The notes beneath the pieces are model-generated. The model had not been told where the DNA came from, did no database searches, and saw only the letters and a list, made by a program, of their open reading frames with translations. Below, one piece after another: positions 1 through 9,526 of a stretch of 23,975 bases of DNA. The position numbers and the translations under genes are program-made. Source of the stretch: an uncultured Pseudomonadota bacterium (lineage in GTDB: Bacteria > SAR324 > NAC60-12); the NCBI GenBank assembly GCA_913020725.1, contig CAJWCD010000043.1, positions 1 to 23,975 of the forward strand, written 5' to 3'. The stretch's first letter is position 1. Every line of letters starts with the position of its first letter.

Positions 1-130
1 CGCTGCCATTATCTGCGGGTTTCGCCGGGATTGGCTTGTCTTCCCCCATTTCGCTGACGAATTTCATGATTGGGTCCTTCCATACAAATACAAGGCCACC
101 AATGAAAACCAGAAAGATAAACCACTTCAT
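1..130 (-). CDS. Partial ORF (5' end only): hypothetical protein with N-terminal membrane anchor
   Basis: My translation from the ATG at 130 gives MKWFIFLVFIGGLVFVWKDPIMKFVSEMGEDKPIPAKPADNGS, open to the window edge. Hydrophobic N-terminus then a Pro/Lys linker; divergent from polA. Not in the ORF track. Confidence 0.6.
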   Translation of the reverse strand, partial: MKWFIFLVFIGGLVFVWKDPIMKFVSEMGEDKPIPAKPADNGS

Positions 131-235
131 ATCATGACGATGGAGGCGGCAGACGAGAATTTCAAGGATCGAGTCTGCGCAGAATTAGCTTTTGTGGAAG
201 CGTAAACTGTTATCGACTAGGGCTAGCAATAAAAA

Positions 236-3049
236 ATGGCAAACAGACTCTTTCTTCTCGATGGCATGGCACTGGTCTACCGTGCTCATTTTGCCCTTAT
301 CCGCAGCCCTATTTATACTTCAAAGGGGGTGAATACTTCAGCTATCTACGGGTTTGCCAACACATTGGTTGATCTGCTGAGCAGTCAAGGGCCCACGCAC
401 ATTGCGGTTGTTTTTGACACCCCGGAACCCACAGAGCGCCACAATATTTTTCCGGAATACAAAGCCGGTCGTGATGCCATGCCGGAGGACCTGGCACAAG
501 CCATTCCCGAGGTTAAGCGCCTGATTGAAGCCTTTAATATTCCGGTTATTGAGAAGGACGGGTTTGAAGCGGATGATATCATCGGCACACTGATGCGCTG
601 GTGTAGCGAGCGCGAGATCGCAGGCGTGATGGTTTCGAGCGATAAGGATTTCATGCAACTCATCACGGACTCCATCGTGATGCTCAACCACCACCACGAG
701 CGGCTGGGGTTGGAGGCCGTGCGGGCGCGGTTTGGCGGCACTCCCGCGCAGGTGATCGAGGTCTTGGGCCTAATGGGCGATGCCTCGGACAATATCCCCG
801 GAGTCCGGGGCGTGGGCGAGAAGACGGCAGTGAAGCTGATTCAGGAACACGGCAGTATCGCTGCGGTTTACGAAAACCTCGTTCAGGTGAAGGGCAAGCT
901 TCGGGAAAAGCTGGAGGTTGGACACGAAAGCGCCCTGCTCTCGCGGGAACTAGTCACCATCGACACTGAGGTGCCAATTCCAGCGACCTTGGAGGATTTG
1001 CACGTCGAGCGGGTGGTGTTGTGCGGAAATCCGGAATTCCTTGCTCTGCTAGAGGAGTTGGAGTTCAACACCCTGCTGAAACGCTTCGGGGATTTGTCCG
1101 TGCCAAAAGTGCAGCCCAAACCCTCCACGCTTCCGGAAACTCCAGAACAAGCCCCACCACCGCCTGCGACGGGAGCGCGGGGTGGCGCACCCGCGTTGGC
1201 AGTCTCCGAAATTCCGGAAACCGAGCCGGAGCCAATGCAGGTTGCCGTGAACCTGTTGGAAACCCCGGAGCAGTGCGAACGCTTCCTGCAATCGTTGCCT
1301 TCTGGAACCCCGTGCGGACTGGCGTTTGCGCATGACGGAGGACATCAGGTGGATCTGCGGCTGACGCACTTGGCAATTTCCGGAGAATCTGGACGCGCCG
1401 GAGTGCTGGAGTTCAAGGCTAAGAACCCCACCCCACCCCACCCCGACAATCGTCAACCGACAACTGAAATCCTCCAAGCGTGGCTGTCAAACCCGGAGGT
1501 TCCCAAGGTGGTTCACAACCTCAAGCAAGTGACGCAAATTCTTGCATCCGCGGGAATCGAGCTTGAAGGCGTAGTCGGAGATGTGATGATCGCAGCGCAC
1601 CTCGCGGACCCGCTGGAGCAGCGGCAGGACTTGGATTTCCTGATCAGTCGGCGGCTTCAGTTTCGGCGTCCGGAGACGGTGACGGAGGACGGACCGCAGC
1701 TTTCCATGTTCGTTGATGAAGTGGCCACGATCCGCCAGCGACTTGGAGAAGACGCAGTGTTCATTTGGGCGTTGCACCTGCGGTTGACTCCGCAGTTGGA
1801 GCAATCCGGAACATGGCCCGTTTACCGTGCGCTCGAACTGCCCCTCGCTCAAACCCTTGCCCGCTTGGAACAAGTCGGTGTGTCCGTGGATGTGCCCAAA
1901 CTCAACGAAATTTCCAACGAGTTCGAGGGACGCCTCAACGAGTTGCGAGCGCAGCTTCACCAACTTGCGGGAGAGGAGTTCAACGTCAATTCCATCGTGG
2001 AATTGCAGCACATCCTCTACGAGAAACTCCGGCTGCACGAGCAGTTCCGGATCAAGCCCAAGAAGATCAAGCTTGGATTGGGATTGTCCACCAACGAGGA
2101 AACACTGGAAAAACTGGCCGGGCACGAACTCCCCCGGACTCTCCTCAACTACCGTTCGCTCTACAAGCTCAAGCACACCTACCTCGACCAGCTTCCCACC
2201 TACGTCCATTCACGCTCCGGACGCATCCACTCAAGTTTCAACCAGACGGCAACGGCGACCGGACGACTCTCCTCGGAGAATCCCAACCTCCAGAACATCC
2301 CGGTGCGCACCGCAGAGGGTCGTCGGGTGCGCCGGGCCTTTGTTCCCTCTGCACCGGAACGGGTTTTGCTCTCGGCAGATTACAGCCAGATTGAACTGCG
2401 CGTAGTCGCGCATTACTCAAAAGACCCCACCTTCCTCGCCGCTTACCGCGAGGGGCTGGACATCCACGCACTCACCGCCTCTGCGGTTTTCGGAGTTGCC
2501 GAGAGCGAAGTCACGCGGGAAATGCGCTCCGCCGCCAAGGAGATCAATTTCGGCCTCATCTACCGCATGGGGGCCGATCGACTCGCGTTGGTGACGCACA
2601 CTCCCAAGGCCGAGGCCAAAGCGTTCATTGAGCGCTTTTTCCAAAAGTATGCGACCATCCACGCGCTTCAGGAACGCTTCCTCGACCAAGCCCGCCAGCA
2701 GGGTTTCGCACAAACCCTGCTGGGGCGGCGGCGCTACCTGCCGGAGATCAACGGAGGCGGACTCGCCAAACGCATGGCTGAAGGCGCGGCAGTCAACACT
2801 CCCATTCAGGGTTCGGCAGCCGAGATCATCAAACTCGCCATGATCAGAATTGAGCAGCAACTGCGAAAGCAGCGGATGGAGTCCCGGATGGTGCTGTCGA
2901 TTCACGATGAACTGGTTTTCGATGTTCTGCGCGAGGAAGAGCCGGAGTTGCGGACGCTGGTGCAGAAAACGATGGAATCCGTGATCGGGCTGGAAGTGCC
3001 GCTGGTGGTGGAACTCGGTAGCGGCGCAAACTGGCTGGACGCGCATTAA
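236..3049 (+). CDS. polA: DNA polymerase I (5'-3' exonuclease, degenerate 3'-5' exonuclease domain, family A polymerase)
   Basis: 5'-exonuclease motifs LLDGMALVYRA, EADDIIGTL, SSDKDFMQL, GDASDNIPGV; polymerase motifs TGRLSSENPNLQNIP, motif A SADYSQIELR, motif B RSAAKEINFGLIY, NTPIQGSAA, motif C IHDELVF. Confidence 0.98.
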   Translation: MANRLFLLDGMALVYRAHFALIRSPIYTSKGVNTSAIYGFANTLVDLLSSQGPTHIAVVFDTPEPTERHNIFPEYKAGRDAMPEDLAQAIPEVKRLIEAFNIPVIEKDGFEADDIIGTLMRWCSEREIAGVMVSSDKDFMQLITDSIVMLNHHHERLGLEAVRARFGGTPAQVIEVLGLMGDASDNIPGVRGVGEKTAVKLIQEHGSIAAVYENLVQVKGKLREKLEVGHESALLSRELVTIDTEVPIPATLEDLHVERVVLCGNPEFLALLEELEFNTLLKRFGDLSVPKVQPKPSTLPETPEQAPPPPATGARGGAPALAVSEIPETEPEPMQVAVNLLETPEQCERFLQSLPSGTPCGLAFAHDGGHQVDLRLTHLAISGESGRAGVLEFKAKNPTPPHPDNRQPTTEILQAWLSNPEVPKVVHNLKQVTQILASAGIELEGVVGDVMIAAHLADPLEQRQDLDFLISRRLQFRRPETVTEDGPQLSMFVDEVATIRQRLGEDAVFIWALHLRLTPQLEQSGTWPVYRALELPLAQTLARLEQVGVSVDVPKLNEISNEFEGRLNELRAQLHQLAGEEFNVNSIVELQHILYEKLRLHEQFRIKPKKIKLGLGLSTNEETLEKLAGHELPRTLLNYRSLYKLKHTYLDQLPTYVHSRSGRIHSSFNQTATATGRLSSENPNLQNIPVRTAEGRRVRRAFVPSAPERVLLSADYSQIELRVVAHYSKDPTFLAAYREGLDIHALTASAVFGVAESEVTREMRSAAKEINFGLIYRMGADRLALVTHTPKAEAKAFIERFFQKYATIHALQERFLDQARQQGFAQTLLGRRRYLPEINGGGLAKRMAEGAAVNTPIQGSAAEIIKLAMIRIEQQLRKQRMESRMVLSIHDELVFDVLREEEPELRTLVQKTMESVIGLEVPLVVELGSGANWLDAH

Positions 3050-3066
3050 CGGCGCATCCCCATCCC

Positions 3067-3285
3067 CTAAAAAAACATCCAGCACACCTTGGGTTTGCGG
3101 ATCAGGCTGTAGCGACGTTCCTTCTTCAGACGGTGACACTCGGCAGCGTTGTAGAGCTTGTCTCCGGAGGTGGCGGTGCGGGCAGGGCCACCGCAACCGG
3201 AGAATCCTAGACTCATCAACAAAAGGCCGCCCAGCAACCACCGGAAGCCAAGGTGTTTCCGGAAATGCCGCTTGCTGCGCCTCAC
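3067..3285 (-). CDS. Small basic putative lipoprotein
   Basis: Basic N-region, hydrophobic core and lipobox-like LGFSG-C followed by GG; GTG start overlaps the stop of the upstream gene (GTGA coupling at 3282-3285). Confidence 0.6.
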   Translation of the reverse strand: MRRSKRHFRKHLGFRWLLGGLLLMSLGFSGCGGPARTATSGDKLYNAAECHRLKKERRYSLIRKPKVCWMFF

Positions 3286-3788
3286 TCGGTCTGCCCCATC
3301 AACTGGTTGCGGCGGTAGGCTTCACGGATTTGCCGATCGCTCATTTCCGGAAAAATCTCCCGCAACTGCCGAACGATGTCTGCTGGCGGCAGGGGGAGTT
3401 GTCGCCGCGCTGTAGCAGCTGACTGGGGCGCGGCTTTCGGAGGTTTCTGCGGTTGGGGCGGTGGGACGGGCTGGAGCGGTGCGGGAGCAGGTGTTTTTTC
3501 TGCTCCGGAGAACTGCGAGCGCACTTTGGCGGTGATCGCGGCTAAGGTCCGTTGGGTGTCTTCGATCAACTGCTCGGCCCGCTCCCGCCACGGCACTTCC
3601 TTGACCCCCTCCTTCAGTCGCCGAAGGGCTTTCCTCGGGTTTTCCTGCGCCTCCTTCACCAGCGCAAGCGGATCATCGCCCCGTTGCTCAAGGTACACAA
3701 AGCCAATGCCCAAGCCGATCACGCCGAGTGTGGTCAGCAGGATCAGCATTAACAGGGACAGCTTCAGGAACAGCATCAAGAGCCGCAT
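3282..3788 (-). CDS. Hypothetical single-pass membrane protein with Pro-rich linker and small helical C-terminal domain
   Basis: About 30-residue hydrophobic N-terminus, amphipathic helices, PAPAPLQPVPPPQPQKPP linker; translationally coupled to the downstream gene. Confidence 0.7.
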   Translation of the reverse strand: MRLLMLFLKLSLLMLILLTTLGVIGLGIGFVYLEQRGDDPLALVKEAQENPRKALRRLKEGVKEVPWRERAEQLIEDTQRTLAAITAKVRSQFSGAEKTPAPAPLQPVPPPQPQKPPKAAPQSAATARRQLPLPPADIVRQLREIFPEMSDRQIREAYRRNQLMGQTE

Positions 3789-3957
3789 GGCACAGGCAAG
3801 CGTGGGGTGAAATTAGGTTCGCGCATCAGAACGCGACTGCGGTAATTTCGCAAGCGATTTCCGGGACGAGACAGCAGCGGTAGATACTTTTCTTCAGCTT
3901 CCCCCGAACCCGGAACTCGAGCTTCCTCATCGGAACTTGGAGTTCAGAATTAACATG

Positions 3958-3986
3958 TTGACATCCCCGGAATGCCCTGTTATATT
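3958..3986 (+). promoter_or_regulatory. Sigma70 promoter of the ABC transporter operon
   Basis: TTGACA (3958-3963), 17-bp spacer ending TGT (extended -10 TGn), TATATT (3981-3986), about 95 nt upstream of the binding-protein ATG. Confidence 0.75.
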
Positions 3987-4079
3987 TTTTTCGCCATTTG
4001 CCGCAATTTGCGGCATCCGTCCACTTTCCAAGAGGAGGGTGGAAACTCATTAACCCAATCAGCAATCGAGGAGAGAAGT

Positions 4080-5657
4080 ATGAAAGAGGTAAACTCGCTT
4101 CAACAGATGCATCGTGATGGGCGCATCAATCGGCGGGATTTTCTCAAGGTGATGGGTGCCTTGGGATTCTCGGCAATGGCCGCCAACGAGCTTTTGACGG
4201 CATCAACGGTTCTGGCGGGGACGCCGGTAAAGGGTGGAACCGCCATCATGGCGAACAACATACACGGCCCGGATGATCAGATGGACCCGATCGTGTTCAC
4301 GTCGGGCATTGACTACCAGCGTGGCATCTGCACCTACAACGGTCTTATCCAGATTCTGGACGACATGAGCCTGCATCCGGAACTGGCGGAGGAGTGGTCG
4401 GCAAACAGCAACGCCACCGAGTTCACCTTCAAGATCCGCAAGGGGGTGCGCTTCCACGATGGCTCCAAGTTTTCGGCGGATGACGTGGTCTGGAGCATGA
4501 ACCGACACCTCGGCAAAGACTCGGTCTCTGTGGCCAAGACGTTCTTTGCGAATGTCACCGAGTGGAAGAAGGTGGATCAGTACACCGTGAAGGCGATGCT
4601 CAGTTCGCCGGATTCGGACTTGCCGATCAAGCTGGGGGAGAAGCAGTGCAAGGTAGTGCAGAAGGACACTGTGGACTTCACGAAGGGCAACGGCACCGGA
4701 CCGTTCCGGCTGGTTTCCTTTGAGCCGGGGGTGAAGTCGCTCCACACCCGCAACGAGGACTACTGGCGGGAGGGTGCGAATTTCGATTCGATTGAAGTGA
4801 CGGCCATCACTGATCCCATTGCACGGGTCAGCGCGCTCATTGCAGGCAATGTTGATCTGATCAGCTCGGTGGATGCCAAAGCGGTGAAGCTGATTGACAA
4901 ATCTGCCGGGGTGCATGTGAGTTCGGTGCCTTCGGGCCAATACGGCGGCATCTGCTGCCTGAAGAATACCTTACCAGGTTATAGCGATGATTTTGTGATG
5001 GGACTGCGGTACATCCAAGACCGCGAGCGCATCGTCCGCAAGATCATCAAGGGCCACGGTGTGGTGGGTAACGACCATCCGATCTCAATAGCCTACGGGG
5101 CGGACCACTGTTCAGAACTGGCCCAGCGGCAATACGATCCCGACAAAGCCAAGTGGCATCTGAAAAGAGCTCATATATCTTCAGCTGAGGTCGTTGTTGC
5201 GCCAGTGCAGGTCGGCATTGAGGACACCTGCCTGCTGATGCAGAACAACCTGCGCAAGATTGGCTTTGACCTCAGGGTTAAGAAAGTGCCGTCCGATGGC
5301 TACTGGGGTGCGGTCTGGATGAAGGAGCCGCTCAACGTGGTGTCCTGGAACATGCGTCCGACGGCGAACGCGATGATGGGAATCCAGTTTGCTCCGGGCG
5401 GAGCGTGGAACGACACCTTCTGGAACAACAAGCGCTTCGGCAAGTTGTTGAAGATGTCCCTCGCCGAAACTAATGCCGCCAAACGCCATGAGATGCATTG
5501 CGAGATGCAAACCTTGGTACACAACGGCAGCGGCATGGTGATTCCGTATCATGTGAACATGTTGGACGGCGTCAGCGACAAGATTCACGGAATCAAGAAT
5601 GTCCCGCTGGGGGCGCTGGGAGCCTATTCATGGCCCGAGTTCGCCTGGAAGGCATAG
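4080..5657 (+). CDS. Tat-exported family 5 (DppA/OppA-like) ABC substrate-binding protein
   Basis: Start revised to ATG 4080 (SD GAGGAG at 4068-4073); twin-arginine signal NRRDFLK; SBP_bac_5 motifs PELAEEW, FKIRKGVRFHDG, ADDVVWS, GTGPF, RNEDYW, YDPDKAKWHL. Confidence 0.93.
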   Translation: MKEVNSLQQMHRDGRINRRDFLKVMGALGFSAMAANELLTASTVLAGTPVKGGTAIMANNIHGPDDQMDPIVFTSGIDYQRGICTYNGLIQILDDMSLHPELAEEWSANSNATEFTFKIRKGVRFHDGSKFSADDVVWSMNRHLGKDSVSVAKTFFANVTEWKKVDQYTVKAMLSSPDSDLPIKLGEKQCKVVQKDTVDFTKGNGTGPFRLVSFEPGVKSLHTRNEDYWREGANFDSIEVTAITDPIARVSALIAGNVDLISSVDAKAVKLIDKSAGVHVSSVPSGQYGGICCLKNTLPGYSDDFVMGLRYIQDRERIVRKIIKGHGVVGNDHPISIAYGADHCSELAQRQYDPDKAKWHLKRAHISSAEVVVAPVQVGIEDTCLLMQNNLRKIGFDLRVKKVPSDGYWGAVWMKEPLNVVSWNMRPTANAMMGIQFAPGGAWNDTFWNNKRFGKLLKMSLAETNAAKRHEMHCEMQTLVHNGSGMVIPYHVNMLDGVSDKIHGIKNVPLGALGAYSWPEFAWKA

Positions 5658-5683
5658 GGGAGCATTCCCAATCTGAAAACAAG

Positions 5684-5715
5684 GCCCGCATCAGTTTATC
5701 GTGCGGGCTTTTTTT
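5684..5715 (+). terminator. Intrinsic terminator-like hairpin between binding-protein and permease genes
   Basis: GCCCGCA (5684-5690) / TGCGGGC (5702-5708) stem followed by T7. Confidence 0.75.
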
Positions 5716-5766
5716 AGATTCCGACCCCGTTCATTCCTGCCAACCCTTGTGGAGGCGTAACCGAGC

Positions 5767-6735
5767 ATGATGTTACAAGCCATTCTGCGCCGGACTGGTA
5801 TCAGCGTTGCCACACTCTTCGTGGTCTCCATCCTGATTTTTGTGGGCACTAGCATCCTGCCGGGGGATGTTGCCGAGATCATTCTTGGGCAGATGGCGAC
5901 TCCGGAATCACTGGCGGCGCTGCGCACCAAACTCGGCATTGACCAGCCACCGCACATCCGCTACTTCATGTGGCTGGGGAATCTGCTGAGCGGGGATCTC
6001 GGAGTCTCCAAGGCCGGTTCCGGATTCGGCACCATCGGCACTCCGATTTCCACTATGATCAGTGGTCGCTTGGGGAATACTCTGCTCTTGGCAGGTGTGG
6101 TGGCGATGATCGCCATTCCGCTCTCGCTGTTCCTTGGGCTGCTGGCCGCGATGTTTCCGGGCACCCGGCTGGACCGGACCGTGACCTTCTCCACCCTCAG
6201 TCTGATTTCCGTCCCGGAGTTTCTGGTGGCCACGTTGCTGGTTCTCGTGTTTGCCGTGCATTTGGGATGGTTGCCTGCGGTCGCTTATTTGAGCGGAACG
6301 GAGTCCGGCTGGCAATTGGCGAAGGCACTGGCGATTCCAACCCTGACGCTGGTGATTGTCGCGTCCTCGCAGATCATCCGCATGACGCGGGCCACGGTGC
6401 TAAACGTAATGAGCTCGCCCTACATCGAGATGGCGATCCTCAAGGGGATGCCGCGCAAGCGTATCATCCTGCGGCACGCACTCTTCAACGCCATTGGCCC
6501 CATCGTCAACGTGATCGTCCTCAACCTCGCCTACCTGATCAGCGGGGTGGTGATTGTCGAAACCATCTTTGCCTATCCGGGCATGGCCAAGCTGATGATT
6601 GACGGGGTGCAGACCCGCGACCTGCCGCTCGTCCAAGCCTGCGCCATGATCTTCTGCGCGACTTACATCGTGCTGATCTTCATTGCGGACATGGCCTCCA
6701 TCCTCTCCAACCCGCGCTTGCGGCATCCCAAATAG
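5767..6735 (+). CDS. DppB/OppB-like ABC permease
   Basis: LPGDVA, LGIDQP..RYFMWL..LLSGDLG N-terminal domain, multiple TM helices, EAA-type loop YIEMAILKG, VETIFAYPG, RDLPLVQ. Confidence 0.93.
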   Translation: MMLQAILRRTGISVATLFVVSILIFVGTSILPGDVAEIILGQMATPESLAALRTKLGIDQPPHIRYFMWLGNLLSGDLGVSKAGSGFGTIGTPISTMISGRLGNTLLLAGVVAMIAIPLSLFLGLLAAMFPGTRLDRTVTFSTLSLISVPEFLVATLLVLVFAVHLGWLPAVAYLSGTESGWQLAKALAIPTLTLVIVASSQIIRMTRATVLNVMSSPYIEMAILKGMPRKRIILRHALFNAIGPIVNVIVLNLAYLISGVVIVETIFAYPGMAKLMIDGVQTRDLPLVQACAMIFCATYIVLIFIADMASILSNPRLRHPK

Positions 6736-6743
6736 AGACGCTT

Positions 6744-7676
6744 ATGTCCGAAATGGAGGAGCAAACCAACCCCGCACCGCAATTCGAGGAACTTCCGGAC
6801 GCACCACCCAAGCGTCGGCTGAAACTGTCCTGGCCCGGAAAACTTGGAGCGGTACTGGTGCTGTTCTGGGTGGTGATAATCTTCATCGGTCCCAGCATCG
6901 CGCCCTACTACGAGGCGGACATTCTGGACGAGGAACTCTTCATCGTTCCGGGCGGCGACGAGTATCCGGACACCGACTTTCAGATGCCGAGCAAGGTGGC
7001 CTACCTCGGCACCGACTACCTGGGACGGGACACGCTCTCCCGGATTCTCTATGGGGCGCGTACCACGATTGGCATTTCGTTCGTCGCCACGATGCTGGCC
7101 TATTTGATCGGGGTGACGCTGGGCATCGCCGCCGCAGTTGGGGGCGGTTGGCTGGACACCGGGTTGAGCCGCATCAACGACGCCTTCCTTTCCATCCCGC
7201 ACATCATGCTCGGACTCATCGTGATCGCCGCTGTCGGCAGCACAATCCCCATTCTGATTGGCATCACCGGGTTCATTTACGCAACCAGCGTTTTCCGGAT
7301 CGCCCGCTCGCTGGGGCAGGACGTGATGGTGAGTGATTTTGTGGAGGCCGCCAAGGTGCGCGGTGAGGGACTGTGGTGGATCATCACCCGGGAAATCCTG
7401 CCCAACATCGCTATGCCACTCGCCACGGATTTTGGGTTGCGCTTCGTCTATATCATTCTCTTCATCTCAAGCCTGAGCTTTCTCGGCCTTGGCGTGCAGC
7501 CGCCGATGTCGGACTGGGGCAGCATGGTGAAGGAGAACTTGGCGGGCCTGCTCTACGGCTCTATTGCCCCGCTGGTACCTTCCCTTGCGATTGCAACGTT
7601 GACCATCGCGATCAACATGATCGTGGATGACATTTCCGCCCACTCCGGAGGTAAACTCGCCAAGAGGATGATCTGA
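6744..7676 (+). CDS. DppC/OppC-like ABC permease
   Basis: LGTDYLGRDTLSRILYGAR, FVEAAKVRGE, EILPN, LSFLGLGVQPP..DWG. Confidence 0.94.
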   Translation: MSEMEEQTNPAPQFEELPDAPPKRRLKLSWPGKLGAVLVLFWVVIIFIGPSIAPYYEADILDEELFIVPGGDEYPDTDFQMPSKVAYLGTDYLGRDTLSRILYGARTTIGISFVATMLAYLIGVTLGIAAAVGGGWLDTGLSRINDAFLSIPHIMLGLIVIAAVGSTIPILIGITGFIYATSVFRIARSLGQDVMVSDFVEAAKVRGEGLWWIITREILPNIAMPLATDFGLRFVYIILFISSLSFLGLGVQPPMSDWGSMVKENLAGLLYGSIAPLVPSLAIATLTIAINMIVDDISAHSGGKLAKRMI

Positions 7677-9493
7677 TGCTCGCACTGCTGGAAATCGATC
7701 AACTCCAGATCGACGCACGCAAGGATGACGGCAGCCTGTTGCCCATCGTCAAGGGCGTGAGCTTCAACGTCAACCGAGGCGAAGTCGTGGCCCTAATTGG
7801 CGAATCCGGTTCTGGGAAAACCACCATCGCCCTCTCGGCCTTGGGCTACAGCAAACCCGGACTTGAGTTCACTGGAGGTGAAGTGCGCTTGGAGGGCCGT
7901 GATGTCATTTCCATGCCCTCTGAGGAAAAGCGGCAACTGCGCGGGGAACGCGTAGCTTATCTGGCACAAAGCGCAGCCGCTACCTTCAATCCGGCCTTGA
8001 CGATTGGCGAGCAGGTGACTGAATCTGCAGTGCTGCACGGGCATTTCAATCAGGAAGAGGCGACTCAGCGGGCGGTATCGCTTTACCACGCCTTGGAACT
8101 GCCCGATCCAGAACGGCTGGGAAAGCGCTACCCACATCAAGTCTCGGGTGGCCAGTTGCAAAGGCTGATGGCCGCAATGGCACTCTGCAGCAAACCGGAC
8201 CTGCTGGTGTTGGACGAACCGACGACGGCGCTTGATGTCACAACGCAGATTGAGGTGCTGAAGTCCTTCAAGTCCGTGATCAAGCAAGAGGGATCATCCG
8301 CGATTTATGTGACCCATGACCTTTCAGTGGTTGCGCAGATTGCAGATCACATCATAGTGCTTTACGCTGGAGAAATCCAGGAACACGGCAACGCCGGGCA
8401 AGTTATCAATCAGCCCAGCCACGACTACACGCGGCGCTTGATGGCCGCTGTCCGTCCGCTGCCTGCTGCCGGGCAGGGAGACGAAACGAGCGGAGAACAC
8501 CGCCGCGACACTCCGGCATTGGAGGTGAAGAACATCATTGCGGGTTACGGCAGAAAGCAGGCGGACGGCACTCCGGCGATCACCGTGCTGCGCGATGTCC
8601 ACATGACGATTGAGCGGGGGCACACGGTGGGAATCATCGGGGAGTCCGGATGCGGCAAGTCTACGCTGGCCCGCGTGATGTCCGGGCTGCTGCCTGCGAG
8701 CAAAGGCGAGGTTCTGCTGGATGGGGAAGCATTGCAACCCGATCTCCGGAAGCGCAGTCGCAATCAGCTTCAGAAGATTCAGTTCGTCTTTCAAATGGCG
8801 GACACGGCACTCAACCCACGACAGCGCATCGACCAGATTCTCGGACGTCCGCTCGAATTCTACTTGGGCCTGAAGGGTCAAGAAAAACGCAGACGCATTG
8901 CCGAACTGCTCCAGATGGTCGAGTTGCCCCAGGAGTTTGCCGGGCGTTATCCTGAAGAGTTGTCCGGGGGACAGAAGCAGCGAGTCAACCTCGCCCGCGC
9001 CCTCGCTGCGTCTCCGGAGGTGCTGCTTTGCGACGAGGTGATCTCGGCACTCGACACCATTGTCGGAGCCAATATCATCGAACTCCTCAAACGCTTGCGC
9101 AAGCAAACCGGGGTCTCGTTTGTCTTCATCAGCCATGACCTTTCCACGGTCGCCTCCTTCGCAGATGAGATTGTCGTGCTTTACGCAGGAAGGGTGGTTG
9201 AACAGGGTAAGACAGACCATGTGCTTGCACCGCCGTATCACCCTTACACGCGGTTGCTGATCTCGTCGGTTCCGGAACTGCGGGTCGGCTGGCTGGAAGA
9301 AACTATGCAGACTCAGGAGGCGCAAGCGGGCATTGACCGGGTCGTCAAGTTGACGGACATCGGTTGCCCCTTCTTCGACCGCTGCCCAATCGCGATCGAA
9401 GACACCTGCGACCGCGAAGCCCCTCCTATCCGGAACATTGGCGACGGCCACACCATTGATTGCCATCGCAGCGCAGAAGAATTCGTGCGCTGA
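7676..9493 (+). CDS. Fused double ABC ATPase (DppD-DppF-like)
   Basis: Two Walker A motifs (GESGSGKT, GESGCGKS), signatures VSGGQ and LSGGQ, Walker B LVLDEP and LLCDEV; C-terminal HPYT and GCPF..RC..C..CH Cys cluster; TGATG overlap with the permease. Confidence 0.95.
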   Translation: MLALLEIDQLQIDARKDDGSLLPIVKGVSFNVNRGEVVALIGESGSGKTTIALSALGYSKPGLEFTGGEVRLEGRDVISMPSEEKRQLRGERVAYLAQSAAATFNPALTIGEQVTESAVLHGHFNQEEATQRAVSLYHALELPDPERLGKRYPHQVSGGQLQRLMAAMALCSKPDLLVLDEPTTALDVTTQIEVLKSFKSVIKQEGSSAIYVTHDLSVVAQIADHIIVLYAGEIQEHGNAGQVINQPSHDYTRRLMAAVRPLPAAGQGDETSGEHRRDTPALEVKNIIAGYGRKQADGTPAITVLRDVHMTIERGHTVGIIGESGCGKSTLARVMSGLLPASKGEVLLDGEALQPDLRKRSRNQLQKIQFVFQMADTALNPRQRIDQILGRPLEFYLGLKGQEKRRRIAELLQMVELPQEFAGRYPEELSGGQKQRVNLARALAASPEVLLCDEVISALDTIVGANIIELLKRLRKQTGVSFVFISHDLSTVASFADEIVVLYAGRVVEQGKTDHVLAPPYHPYTRLLISSVPELRVGWLEETMQTQEAQAGIDRVVKLTDIGCPFFDRCPIAIEDTCDREAPPIRNIGDGHTIDCHRSAEEFVR

Positions 9494-9526
9494 GTTTCAG
9501 GGAACTGTTTTTCGTGGTGAATCACT

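Noticed and set aside
3972..4079. N-terminal extension of the binding protein
   Set aside because: Starts inside the promoter spacer; the SD and Tat signal position support ATG 4080.
8324..9466. 380-aa minus-strand ORF
   Set aside because: Antisense to the ABC ATPase, a common shadow ORF for this family.
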